The position numbers were made by a program, and so were the translations under genes. Below the pieces are notes generated by a model. That model was given only the letters and a program-made list of their open reading frames with translations. It had not been told where the DNA came from and did not search any database. A stretch of 32,000 nucleotides of DNA from Pegethrix bostrychoides GSE-TBD4-15B (lineage in GTDB: Bacteria; Cyanobacteriota; Cyanobacteriia; Elainellales; Elainellaceae). The stretch is taken from the NCBI GenBank assembly GCA_019359155.1, contig JAHHHV010000073.1:89982-121981 (forward strand), read 5' to 3'. Below are positions 1 to 8,721 of the stretch, piece by piece (position 1 is the stretch's first letter; each line of letters starts with the position of its first letter).

Positions 1-412
1 TGTGATTGGGATCGATCACATTGGTGTAGGTGGTGGGATTACCGCTGTTGTTGCTAGAAGAAGGTAAGCCTGCTGTATCCCAATAGACATAAACTGTCTC
101 ATTCGACATCTTATAAATCTGACCCCGATCGCCTAGGCCGGCCTGACGATAGGCGGCTTCGCCGGTTTGATCTAGATAGTTGCCGGGGTCGGAGCCGGTT
201 GGACTCAGCTCATAGGTGACGCCATCTTGCCGCGAGATCCGCACAAACCCCTGGCGCTGAGAGAATGTGCAGGGCAGCACAGCAGAGGCTTGGTCTTCAC
301 CGCTGGGGTAAATGTCGCAGCGGGCATCAACGGTCTGGGCACTGGCAGCCAAAGGAAGAGCGCAAGCGGCAATGGCAGTTGCAGTCGCCCATAAGAAGGT
401 ACGGATGTTCAT
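1..412 (-). CDS. hypothetical secreted protein (5' part; 3' end outside window)
   Basis: ATG at 412-410 followed by 137 stop-free codons to the window edge. It is absent from the ORF track because it runs off the edge. N-terminus MNIRTFLWATATAIAACALPLAASAQ has the layout of a Sec signal peptide. Confidence 0.55.
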   Translation of the reverse strand, partial: MNIRTFLWATATAIAACALPLAASAQTVDARCDIYPSGEDQASAVLPCTFSQRQGFVRISRQDGVTYELSPTGSDPGNYLDQTGEAAYRQAGLGDRGQIYKMSNETVYVYWDTAGLPSSSNNSGNPTTYTNVIDPNH

Positions 413-600
413 GCTGAATCTGAAAATTTTAATGAATAAATGAAAGGTTGTCGGAACTCTGTGAGGAATATTGGTGACGAAAATCTGTGAGGAAATCGGT
501 GACGAATATCGGACAGCTTATACAGGCTCAAGCAACCCATTTCAGCGTTGCTGAGTGCGAGGATGATTTTCGCGTTTGCGGTTGCTTTGCCCTCACCCGA

Positions 601-912
601 TTACCGAGCCGTGCAAATCCCATTAGCCCCATTGCGTCTCGTGTAAGACACACTCGCGGTGCCATCAGGATTTAGCGTGATGGAGACCGTAATACCTCGA
701 AGGGTCGCATCATAGGAGTTATCATTGTACTTCTTAAGGCGTGCCTCCTCTCCGTTGATGTAAACGTAGCCTCCTTCATCAGCATGGAAGTCAATGCCAG
801 TGGGACAAGTGTAGTTAAGCTGTGGAATACCTGCTGCGCTGGCCATGCCAACCATCACAAGTTGAGACACAACCAGAGTCCACACAGAAGCGACAATCGA
901 TCGGTTATTCAT
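601..912 (-). CDS. small secreted hypothetical protein
   Basis: 103-aa ORF with a hydrophobic signal-like N-terminus (VWTLVVSQLVMVGMASAAG). Same strand and theme as the upstream secreted ORF. No family recognised. Confidence 0.5.
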   Translation of the reverse strand: MNNRSIVASVWTLVVSQLVMVGMASAAGIPQLNYTCPTGIDFHADEGGYVYINGEEARLKKYNDNSYDATLRGITVSITLNPDGTASVSYTRRNGANGICTAR

Positions 913-1090
913 GCTTTTATTAGCGTTTCTGGAGATCAGTTCTCATATTACAGCTTTTCAAGCTGCTGGAAGTATAAAAAGCAGCGTGCAGGAGAAGAGA
1001 CCCTGTGCAGAGGGCTAGATACTGTTTTGGGTGTCACGGGGCAATCAGGCGATTGGGATCAAAGGGGTGCTGAGACTTCAAAATTTCTGA

Positions 1091-2881
1091 TCAAGATTCG
1101 GGCAAGACATCGGCGGCGGGCGACTCTAGGGAAGACTCTAGGGAATAAGTCTGTCGGGGCGTGCCGATTTCAATCTCAGCTTCTGCTAATGCCCGCCGCA
1201 CCCGCAGCCGAAACTCTCGCCCTACCGCCCACTGCTGCGCTGGTGCAGTCTGAATCCAGGTGGTGAGGGTCATGCCGCTATGAGAAACGCTGTCAATGCC
1301 GAGTACCGCTGGCTCTGCAATTATCTTGTCATGCCAGACCGGGTCGTGGTACAGCCCCTGAGCTACTTCTTGCAGTACCGCTAGCGCCTGATCCGGATCG
1401 GTCTGGTAGGCTACATCAACGCTGAATTCTACCCGCGACCAGCTTCTGGTCAGGTTTTTGACCTGGGTGATGCTGCTGTTGGGAATCGTGATTAACTCTC
1501 CGCTGCCGCTGCGAATTTGAGTCACCCGCATGTTCAGGTTTTCGACCAGACCGCTGTCCTGTCCCAGATTAATGACGTCCCCAATGGCGTAGTGATCTTC
1601 TGCCAAAATGAAAAAGCCATTCACCAGATCTTTGACCAGGTTTTGTGAGCCAAATGTAATCGCCAAGCCTGCTAAACTGCCGATTGCCACCACCGATGCT
1701 GTGGGCAACCCTAGCGTCCCCAAAGCCGACAGCAGCCCAAATAAAATAATCACAATTGTCGCTAATCCTTTGGCCGCTCCGGCAATAGTCGAACTGCGGA
1801 AGTGACGGCGTTGAGTATCCCCCAAATCAATAAAATCAGGCAGGTTCAGGGTCTCCCAACTGATGACGAAGCGGTCAATCAGGCGGCGGCTGATCCGAAT
1901 TGCCAAGCCTGTAAAAAACCAGATGCTCAGCAGCGTCAGCGGCACATGCAGGAAGTCAAATTGATTGCGGATTAGATAAGGAGAGATGGTAGCAACCCAG
2001 GTAAAGCCTCCGTACCAAGCTAGAATGAGTGACCAAAACAGTAGCCACTGGGCAAAAGACAGCGCTGCTAGACGATGATCGAGGCTAAAAACCTGCTGGA
2101 GCCGCCACAAAAAGCCGCTGCGCCGCTGCGCCAGATTGCCTAACGGGGCAGGTGTATCAGGAGACGCATCAGCTGACGCATTAGCTGACGCATTAGGCTG
2201 AGGAGTGACCGCCACGCGCAGCGCTTTCTTCTGCCGACTCAACTGCTTCTGGCGTTTGGATAGTCCATACTTGACGCTCACCAACCCGGCTGTGAGGCCA
2301 AATAGCCCCACCAGAATCTGGTTCACGCGCTGCCGGTTAGCGGGCAGGTTTTTCAGGCCATCGCGCAGCTCTTGTTCCAGTATTTTGCGCCATGCTGCTG
2401 CCAGCTGATCAATCGGCAGGCCGTTGAAGTCAGCGTCAAATTCGGTGACAGATAGCAAGACTAATGGCCGAGGATATTGGGCATCTCTGGCATCAATAAT
2501 CGTGACGTTGTTGAGCTGCGAAACATCAAACAGCAGCGTCTCTGGGTTCATGGGGCGATTGAGCAGGAGTAAGAGCTTGGCTTGGATTTCTGCCGCCCGC
2601 TGCTCTACAGTCTGCCGATCGCCAACTGCTTCAGGGCTGCGATTATAAACCGTGGGAGAAGCGATCGTAAACAGCTTGCCTGCACTCAGCGGCGACTCCA
2701 CGGAAATTGTTTCCAGGTTGCCGTAACGGGTCACGGTTGCGGGTGGGCCAATATTCTCCTGACGAAAGCCCTCCGGCAACGAGAACTGAGCTTGGCTTGG
2801 CTGCCCCATCAACAGGCTGATTCCCAAAGTCACCCCAACTGCTAGGGCAATGGTTAAAAGTTGTTTCAATCGGGTAGGCAT
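1091..2881 (-). CDS. mechanosensitive ion channel family protein (MscS-like, large N-terminal extension)
   Basis: 596-aa ORF. Several hydrophobic helices are followed by the MscS core signature LAGLAITFGSQNLVKDLVNGFFILAEDHYAIGDVINL...VENLNMRVTQIRSGSGELITIPNS. Confidence 0.9.
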   Translation of the reverse strand: MPTRLKQLLTIALAVGVTLGISLLMGQPSQAQFSLPEGFRQENIGPPATVTRYGNLETISVESPLSAGKLFTIASPTVYNRSPEAVGDRQTVEQRAAEIQAKLLLLLNRPMNPETLLFDVSQLNNVTIIDARDAQYPRPLVLLSVTEFDADFNGLPIDQLAAAWRKILEQELRDGLKNLPANRQRVNQILVGLFGLTAGLVSVKYGLSKRQKQLSRQKKALRVAVTPQPNASANASADASPDTPAPLGNLAQRRSGFLWRLQQVFSLDHRLAALSFAQWLLFWSLILAWYGGFTWVATISPYLIRNQFDFLHVPLTLLSIWFFTGLAIRISRRLIDRFVISWETLNLPDFIDLGDTQRRHFRSSTIAGAAKGLATIVIILFGLLSALGTLGLPTASVVAIGSLAGLAITFGSQNLVKDLVNGFFILAEDHYAIGDVINLGQDSGLVENLNMRVTQIRSGSGELITIPNSSITQVKNLTRSWSRVEFSVDVAYQTDPDQALAVLQEVAQGLYHDPVWHDKIIAEPAVLGIDSVSHSGMTLTTWIQTAPAQQWAVGREFRLRVRRALAEAEIEIGTPRQTYSLESSLESPAADVLPES

Positions 2882-2988
2882 CAGGTTTGAATCTGTTGGT
2901 TAGTACGACGATGTTCCTCGTGAATGATCATCATGATCATCCGCTGCTGTGCTGCCTCTGTCTGAATTCAGGTAGGCTGGATCAGGCT

Positions 2989-3133
2989 AAAGACCTGAGT
3001 AGCTCAGTTAAGGCAGCTACATCTTGTGATTGGGCTTTACGAATATATGTACTCATCACATCTCGCTTCAATTCGCTCTTTGTGCGATCGTCTCACCAAA
3101 AGCTTCTAAGCACTACTCCACCGATACCCAGCA
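2989..3133 (-). pseudogene. truncated duplicate of the GNAT cassette 5' end (leader + first ~23 codons)
   Basis: 145 bp nearly identical (3 mismatches seen) to 3632-3776. Reads MSTYIRKAQSQDVAALTELLRSL, then diverges to a stop. Starts directly after the attC-like core at 3134-3140. Confidence 0.75.
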
Positions 3134-3220
3134 AGCTCACGTTTCGCTTGAGCGGCTACAAATAACTCAAAACTCAGCACTAAAATCTTGCGACATTCCG
3201 CTCCAAGCAAATTGTTAGCC
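3134..3220 (-). repeat. attC-like imperfect palindrome downstream of GNAT
   Basis: Minus strand: GGCTAAC (3220-3214) lies 11 nt after the GNAT stop. The arm TTGCTTGGAGCGG pairs with CCGCTCAAGCGAA with one extra G. The distal core is GTGAGCT (degenerate GTTRRRY). Confidence 0.55.
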
Positions 3221-3231
3221 TGCGCTGTGGG

Positions 3232-3699
3232 TTACTCTAGCACATAAACAAAATTGGCTATCTCTTCACGTTCTTTCCATCCTTGCCTTTCATAAAATTT
3301 GTGCTTGTATGAATCTCTACTACGACTATTAACTAACATCAATCGTGAGCATCCACGTTCTTGTGCTTCTGCTTTTACAACTTCTAAGAGTTGTGTTCCA
3401 ATACCTTGCCCACGAGCAGATTCACAAACAAATAGTTCAGAAATGTAACCTTCTGGTGCAGGCAAAAAGAGATAAGGGAGCCAGTGCACTGCAACGTAAC
3501 CTACAATCCTGCTGTCTTCCTCAGCTACATAAATGGTGTGGCTTTCATCTGCACTGCATAACGTGAGGTGGTGAATAATGCGCTCACGGGTCATCTCGCT
3601 CGATTCTGATGCCATGTAAGCGAACCAACCCAAAGACCTGAGTAGCTCAGTTAAGGCAGCTACATCTTGTGATTGGGCTTTACGAATATATGTACTCAT
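3232..3699 (-). CDS. GNAT family N-acetyltransferase
   Basis: ORF 3232-3714; the likely ATG is at 3699 (MSTYIRKA). Acetyl-CoA binding motif CESARGQGIGTQLLEVVKAEAQERGCSRLML. Confidence 0.9.
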   Translation of the reverse strand: MSTYIRKAQSQDVAALTELLRSLGWFAYMASESSEMTRERIIHHLTLCSADESHTIYVAEEDSRIVGYVAVHWLPYLFLPAPEGYISELFVCESARGQGIGTQLLEVVKAEAQERGCSRLMLVNSRSRDSYKHKFYERQGWKEREEIANFVYVLE

Positions 3700-3776
3700 C
3701 GCATCTCGCTTCAATTCGCTCTTTGTGCAATCGTCTCACCAAAAGCTTCTAAGCACCACTCCACCGATACCCAGCA
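3632..3776 (-). repeat. direct repeat (GNAT 5' end plus leader), partner of 2989-3133
   Basis: Sequence identity read directly. Both copies end at an attC-like core (GCCTAAC at 3777-3783; AGCTCAC at 3134-3140). Confidence 0.85.
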
Positions 3777-3820
3777 GCCTAACGGCTCAAATCAGCGGCG
3801 GCAATAACCTTGACTACTCC
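3777..3820 (-). repeat. partial attC-like site (distal half only)
   Basis: The minus strand reads ...GGTTATTGCCGCCGCTGATTTGAGCCGTTAGGC, homologous to the distal arm of the 6483-6566 site. No matching proximal arm was found in the glyoxalase 3' end. Confidence 0.4.
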
Positions 3821-3824
3821 TATT

Positions 3825-4244
3825 TTATGGAGTCTGTTCTACGGTTAATCCTATTTCTTGTCCATAAGATAGTTCAAGCGTGTGACCGTCTGGATCTCGT
3901 AAAAAAGCCCAATATCCGATCGGATATCCAGAATCTTTTGGTTCCTGAAGCAGCACACCTTCCTGTTTTGCCTTTTCACAGAGAGCATTCAAAAATTCCC
4001 GGCTTTGACAGCCGACTCCAAGATGTGCAAGGGGTGATAGAACGGAATTCACTGAGCTTGTTTGGATGAGAACAATAACGAAAGGACGAGTGCGATCAGA
4101 AAGCCATACAACCGCAACACCTGTTTCTGCATCAAGGCGACGATGAATAACCTGCATCTGAGCGTAGTCAGAGTAAAACTGAATACTTTGCTCAATGTCT
4201 GTAACGGGGAGCGCTACGTGAGTTAGCCCAACATCAATCATCAT
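3825..4244 (-). CDS. VOC (glyoxalase/bleomycin resistance/dioxygenase) family protein
   Basis: 139-aa ORF. N-terminal GLTHVALPVTDIEQSIQFY and C-terminal FLRDPDGHTLELSYGQ are typical paired beta-alpha-beta-beta-beta VOC motifs. Confidence 0.85.
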   Translation of the reverse strand: MMIDVGLTHVALPVTDIEQSIQFYSDYAQMQVIHRRLDAETGVAVVWLSDRTRPFVIVLIQTSSVNSVLSPLAHLGVGCQSREFLNALCEKAKQEGVLLQEPKDSGYPIGYWAFLRDPDGHTLELSYGQEIGLTVEQTP

Positions 4245-4290
4245 GATCTACCTCGTGCTTTGCTTATGAATGGTAGTTGTCTCCAACCGC

Positions 4291-4785
4291 TTATGCACTT
4301 TGCAACACTTTGATTATATTGAAGCCTTCCTCGGATGTAGGAGCCATAAAATACTTTGTAACCTGCTCAAACATCTCTGCTGTATCAGTTGCTGCTCTTT
4401 CAGGCTGTTCTATGCACCTTTTCCCGATTTGTTTTAAGCAGATTTCATTTGGCAAGTCGATGTATACCAGACTATGCGGAGCTTCGATCTCGGAGAAAAT
4501 ACTCCGAAACCAATCTCTTTGCGAAAGAGTATTAGCTGGAAAGTCCATCACTACATTGGTTCCCGAAGACAAAATAGCTTGAACAAGCTTTTTGATCTGT
4601 GGCTTAAGTAGATTTGAATATTCAATATAGTCATTTAGTGATGAAATCTTATTTGGGTAAAGTGACGCAAGCCATTCATCTTCTGAAAGCAAAACTGCAT
4701 TGACTTCTCGTGCGATTTCACTAGCTTTAGTAGATTTTCCTGCACCCATTTTGCCACAGAAAAAGGTCAATGCTCCTTTGCTCAT
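4291..4785 (-). CDS. P-loop ATPase / small-molecule kinase-like protein (AAA_33-like)
   Basis: 164-aa ORF with N-terminal Walker A FFCGKMGAGKST, at a size typical of shikimate/gluconate-kinase-like NTPases. Only 46 nt from the next gene, with no attC-like site between them. Confidence 0.7.
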   Translation of the reverse strand: MSKGALTFFCGKMGAGKSTKASEIAREVNAVLLSEDEWLASLYPNKISSLNDYIEYSNLLKPQIKKLVQAILSSGTNVVMDFPANTLSQRDWFRSIFSEIEAPHSLVYIDLPNEICLKQIGKRCIEQPERAATDTAEMFEQVTKYFMAPTSEEGFNIIKVLQSA

Positions 4786-4804
4786 AGCTTCTCTCTATTT
4801 TGAT

Positions 4805-4880
4805 ACATAACGTTCCGGCTGAGCGGCTGCAAGTGCACCACCAAAGTCTCCCAACAGTCCGCTCTAGCCGGGTGTTAGCC
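4805..4880 (-). repeat. attC-like imperfect palindrome downstream of cld
   Basis: Minus strand: GGCTAAC (4880-4874) lies 4 nt after the stop. The arm CCGGCTAGAGCGGACTG pairs with CAGCCGCTCAGCCGG, with two unpaired bases on the stop-proximal arm. The distal core is GTTATGT (4811-4805). Confidence 0.65.
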
Positions 4881-4884
4881 CCAT

Positions 4885-5442
4885 TTATGAGATATCATCT
4901 CGAATCAGACGAACCTCAACTTCACGCTCCACATACCCCCACTCTTTGCTTGCGCGCATCCGCAGCAATAATTCATCAAAAGCATCGGTGTGCTCCGGCG
5001 CAAATTCAAACCAAGTGAGAAAATCAAATGGCTCACCGAGATCACGACAGTGAAGCAACCGACGAGCAACCTCTGGAAGATATTCCAAACCAACAGCCGT
5101 ATGATGAGACTCTTCTTCAAAAATTGCTCGCCGCTCATCTTGTGCCATTTCCCACCACTGAGCAGATTTTTTAATCGGAATTAGCACCGCAGACATGGCT
5201 TCCGAACGATCTAGTGCAGGCTGCACTGCCCGAAGAGCCGTGACTTCATCACGCATAGAGTAGCGAATATTACTGGTAAAACTTTGTAGAACCCACGAAC
5301 TATCCAATGGCAATTCTGCAACAGCATTATTCACCACATTCACTCTTTCGACACGCTCTAAACTATATCCAGAAATGCTCCGAACATCAATTACTTTCCA
5401 TAAGCCTTGCTTGCCGCCTACAAACGAGTATTTATTATTCAT
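4885..5442 (-). CDS. cld: chlorite dismutase family protein (short, clade-2 type)
   Basis: 185 aa. Close by-eye match to the short Nitrobacter-type Cld: IPIKKSAQWWEMAQDERRAIFEEESHHTAVGLEYLPEVARRLLHCRDLGEPFDFLTWFEFAPEH. This includes the proximal His region (SHH) and the distal Arg in HCRD. Confidence 0.8.
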   Translation of the reverse strand: MNNKYSFVGGKQGLWKVIDVRSISGYSLERVERVNVVNNAVAELPLDSSWVLQSFTSNIRYSMRDEVTALRAVQPALDRSEAMSAVLIPIKKSAQWWEMAQDERRAIFEEESHHTAVGLEYLPEVARRLLHCRDLGEPFDFLTWFEFAPEHTDAFDELLLRMRASKEWGYVEREVEVRLIRDDIS

Positions 5443-5580
5443 AACTTTCTCTCACTTTTTAGAATTTTATCCTTTGCTATCTATCCTTCCGGAACCGCTT
5501 GCTTATCAGGTTAAAACAGCAAAATGAGTGGCGGCTGAAAAATTCTGTTAAATACCACGAGTGGCTACTGAAAAATTCTG

Positions 5581-5668
5581 TCTAACGTTGCCCATCACCC
5601 GCCGCAGATTACCTTTGCATCATAACCGATCAACTTTCGGCGGTCGGTGTGCATTGGGGTTGTTATGC
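5581..5668 (-). repeat. attC-like imperfect palindrome downstream of GST
   Basis: Plus strand: TCTAACGTTGCCCATCACCCGCCG ... CGGCGGTCGGTGTGCATTGGGGTTGTTATGC. The arms pair with several extra bases, all on the plus-strand 3' arm. The terminal cores are TCTAAC and GTTATGC. Confidence 0.55.
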
Positions 5669-5761
5669 AACTCCATGCACACCGCTCCACGAGTCTGCTT
5701 TTGAAAAGTTGCAGCATTTTGCTGCTATGCAGGTATGAGAGTCTAGTTTCTGTTCTCGGTC

Positions 5762-6412
5762 TCATCCTTCCATCAACTTCGCGATCGCAGGACGCTCGTA
5801 GCAGTGCTTCAACCATTCTGTGACGTTGGGGAAAGATTTCAGATCGATACCCAAAGACCCGATCCAGCCAACAATGCCTTGAAGATGGGTGTCTGCGAGG
5901 CTATATTCTCCAATTAAAAACGACCTTCCTTCCAACCCCTCGTTGAGAATTCTGAGATAGTCAACAAGATCCGCCTTTGCTTTCTCCATTATGACGGAGC
6001 TTTTCATCTCAGGGGCTAATGCCTCCTGCGAGTTAGTTTCAGCATCTCCCTGCTCTTCAAGTGGAAGGGATGCGAATAATCGGCTAGCTGGCTCGGCAAG
6101 GGTGACGTTGCTCCAAGCGATCCACTTCATCGCTTCGCCACGCTTTGGTCCTGGGGCGGGATAAAGCTTCTTGTCCACACCAAAAACTTCGCCAAGGTAC
6201 ATTGTAATTGCGGAAGACTCCCAGATCGCTACTCCTTCATGCACGATCACGGGGACTCTACCATTTGGGTTAATCTTTAAAAATTCCGGTTTCTTGGTTT
6301 CGCCAACACTGATATTGAGTTTTACGAGATCGAAGGGAATCCCAAGTTCAGCGAGAACAGCTTCGGTGATACTCGCGGTGGACATGGGGGCAAAATAAAA
6401 TGTAAGGCTCAT
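5762..6412 (-). CDS. glutathione S-transferase family protein
   Basis: 216 aa. N-terminal thioredoxin-like GST domain (FLKINPNGRVPVIVHEGVAIWESSAITMYL) followed by a helical C-terminal domain. Confidence 0.9.
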   Translation of the reverse strand: MSLTFYFAPMSTASITEAVLAELGIPFDLVKLNISVGETKKPEFLKINPNGRVPVIVHEGVAIWESSAITMYLGEVFGVDKKLYPAPGPKRGEAMKWIAWSNVTLAEPASRLFASLPLEEQGDAETNSQEALAPEMKSSVIMEKAKADLVDYLRILNEGLEGRSFLIGEYSLADTHLQGIVGWIGSLGIDLKSFPNVTEWLKHCYERPAIAKLMEG

Positions 6413-6482
6413 TGATTGCTTTTCCTAATATTTGACTTTCAACTGTAGGATCAAAGCGGAATTAAATCTAGCCACCAATACC

Positions 6483-6566
6483 GCATAACGGCTCAAATCA
6501 GCGGCGACAGTTAACCTTGAACTCAGCGCCAATGGCTATCAATCGTCCGCTGCATTTGAATTATGG
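6483..6566 (-). repeat. attC-like imperfect palindrome between the TMEM175-like and GST genes
   Basis: Plus strand: GCATAAC GGCTCAAATCAGCGGCGAC ... GTCCGCTGCATTTGAA TTATGG. The arms pair with single unpaired bases. An orphan proximal half-site (AGCTAAC core, 6669-6663; arm 6641-6657) lies nearer the upstream stop. Confidence 0.55.
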
Positions 6567-6697
6567 GGGGACAGGAGAGAAGCAGAGGCAGTTGATGAGA
6601 GCGAGAATTGATGAACAGCAAGATTTCAAACCCTACTTGACTCCGTCCGGCTCAGAGATTATGTTAGCTGTTTTTTGTCGCATCAGAACATGAAACT

Positions 6698-7273
6698 TTA
6701 TGAGTTCAATGTCTTTTCAATGCGGCGATCAGGAACGAGCCACATGACTGCAACCAGAACATACAACGCACATGCAAGCCAAGGGGTTGCAAAAGCAAGT
6801 GGAATTGCAACTGCATAAATCAATACCGATAACTTTCCTTTAAGATTCCGACCAAGAGCGTTCGCAAGTGTAGAATCTTGGCCGTGGCGCAAAATAAGTG
6901 TACAGGTTAGGGTGAAATAGGCGATTGCAGCCAACAGTAGAACTGCACCATAAAGCGCAACAGGCAACGCCGCAAAGTGGTTTTCACCCATCCATGCGGT
7001 GGCAAAGGGAAATAATGATAACCAGAACAACAAATGTAGGTTTGCCCACAGAGTTGAACCATTCACGTGTTGGACTACCTGAAACAAGTGATGGTGATTA
7101 TTCCAGTAGATACCAACATACACGAAACTTAACACATAGCTTAGGAAGGTTGGAATCAGCGGAAGTAGCGCAGCTAGATCTGACTCGTGAGGTATTTTTA
7201 ACTCCAGTACCATAATGGTGATAATAATAGCAATTACCCCATCACTGAATGCTTCTAACCTGCCTTTAACCAT
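6698..7273 (-). CDS. TMEM175-family (DUF1211) potassium channel-like membrane protein
   Basis: Signature RLEAFSDGVIAIIITIMVLE followed by further TM helices. I place the start at ATG 7273 (AAGGAG 11 nt upstream) rather than the track start 7381, which would run through the attC-like site. Confidence 0.85.
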   Translation of the reverse strand: MVKGRLEAFSDGVIAIIITIMVLELKIPHESDLAALLPLIPTFLSYVLSFVYVGIYWNNHHHLFQVVQHVNGSTLWANLHLLFWLSLFPFATAWMGENHFAALPVALYGAVLLLAAIAYFTLTCTLILRHGQDSTLANALGRNLKGKLSVLIYAVAIPLAFATPWLACALYVLVAVMWLVPDRRIEKTLNS

Positions 7274-7306
7274 TTTTGGGTGTGCTCCTTGTCTGCTTAC
7301 CGCATT

Positions 7307-7433
7307 GTCTAACCGCTGTTCGCAAAAATGGCTGTCCGGTTGTCCACTATCCATCAATATAGCGAAGTAGCAGCAGATCACCTCAAACTTTGTATCAAGG
7401 TCGATAGTCTATCTACTTCAGCATTTGTTAACC
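7307..7433 (-). repeat. attC-like imperfect palindrome downstream of the DUF5996-like gene
   Basis: Minus strand: GGTTAAC lies immediately after the stop (7433-7427) and the distal core GTTAGAC is at 7313-7307. The flanking GCTG/CAGC and GAAGTAG/CTACTTC segments pair. This is weaker than the other sites. Confidence 0.4.
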
Positions 7434-8375
7434 TTACACGGTTGGGGTACACTCCAGGGCTGCTCGATCCCAATATCCTAAATTTGCTGCTGCTTCATAA
7501 GTGCTTTGGAGAAAAGCAAGGATTACTGCATCTGGTTCGCCAGCTTGTCTTACTACCTCATAGGGTAGGATAAACTCTTGCAACTCCGAGCTATAGAATG
7601 CCTCCTTAGGCTGAACAGGGTAATCACGGAACCCTTCCGGCGCAGGGTAAGCATAAGCGTAAAAAACAGGCTCCACAACTGACCCACCCCCTGGCCAAAA
7701 GCCGCAACTACTGACTTCATGCGAATAGGCTTCTCGTGTGACCCAATCTGCCATATTCGGAACTCCCCCTGGATGTTCTGGCGCACGACGACCAGAGAAA
7801 CGAGTCACAGCGAGATCGAAGCTGCCCCAAAAGAAATGCACAGGACTGGATTTACCAATAAACTGTGAACGGAATAAGGTCATGACTCGATCGACTTGCA
7901 CGAGAATTCGCCAGAACCGTTCTGCATACTCCGGATCATAAGCTGCGTGTTGATAGTCCCTATCGAACGGGATTGGTTCTGACACTTCTTGCGGCATCGT
8001 CCAGATTCGGACTTCAATACCGATACTGCTCAATGTAGTCAGAACCGTTTGGTAAAAATCTGCAACAGAGCGAGGAGTCAGTGCAATTCTTTTAGTAATG
8101 CCGTCGCTAGTGTCGATTTGTAGTTGATGATTGAGAAAATCAAAGCTAATTTGAAAGTTACGAGTTTCGTAAGGGATTGAAGCAGTTGTCAGTCCACGTG
8201 GTGTGACGTAGAGAGTAGACTGCCACCAGTGATTGAGTTTAGGTGCCAATGCCAACCGAATTTTACCGATGATTTGTGTCCATAGATGGACAGTTGCATA
8301 TGTATCTTGCCAGGCTGCTAGGGGCAAACTGGGCCAAACAATGTCAATGGGAGCACCCTGAACAGAAACTGCCAT
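7434..8375 (-). CDS. conserved hypothetical protein (DUF5996-like)
   Basis: 313-aa ORF. The N-terminal WPSLPLAAWQDTYATVHLWTQIIGKIRLALAPKLNHWWQSTLYVTPRGLTT matches my memory of the DUF5996 family. The family name is less certain than the coding call. Confidence 0.7.
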   Translation of the reverse strand: MAVSVQGAPIDIVWPSLPLAAWQDTYATVHLWTQIIGKIRLALAPKLNHWWQSTLYVTPRGLTTASIPYETRNFQISFDFLNHQLQIDTSDGITKRIALTPRSVADFYQTVLTTLSSIGIEVRIWTMPQEVSEPIPFDRDYQHAAYDPEYAERFWRILVQVDRVMTLFRSQFIGKSSPVHFFWGSFDLAVTRFSGRRAPEHPGGVPNMADWVTREAYSHEVSSCGFWPGGGSVVEPVFYAYAYPAPEGFRDYPVQPKEAFYSSELQEFILPYEVVRQAGEPDAVILAFLQSTYEAAANLGYWDRAALECTPTV

Positions 8376-8721
8376 AAGAAGCCTCTACTTAAGGAAAACG
8401 TACTGAAAATCTATCAAAAGTTAGATGTTATTCACAACGCCTTTCTATTCACCAGTTTAAAGACTGAGTATTAAGGCAAGCTTCTTCACAGATACCAAAA
8501 CGGCTAACTATTAATAGACTGAAAGTTTCCGCCTAAGATCCCGCAGTAGCTGGATAGGCAGAACGAGTCGGCATAACATCCCAAATTCAACACTTCGGTA
8601 GAAGCTTTCCGTATAATACGCTCCTAGAGGCAGATAGCCCGATTCTTTCCGTATATCTTCAGATTCCATACAAAGGTGAGCAAATGTACTATTGAATACA
8701 CAGTACCTCTGCTCATCCCTC

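Noticed and set aside
4277-4582. 101-aa plus-strand ORF antisense to the P-loop kinase gene, and similar antisense ORFs in the cassette genes (3345-3566, 3725-4069, 6171-6398, 6925-7215)
   Set aside because: Each lies opposite a gene with clear family motifs, and none has motifs of its own.
5595-5816. 73-aa minus-strand ORF between GST and cld
   Set aside because: It runs through the attC-like palindrome (5581-5668) and overlaps the GST 3' end. It has no motif or RBS.
7274-7381. 36-codon N-terminal extension of the TMEM175-like gene
   Set aside because: The extension overlaps the attC-like site. The family signature starts right after the internal ATG at 7273, which has an AAGGAG RBS.
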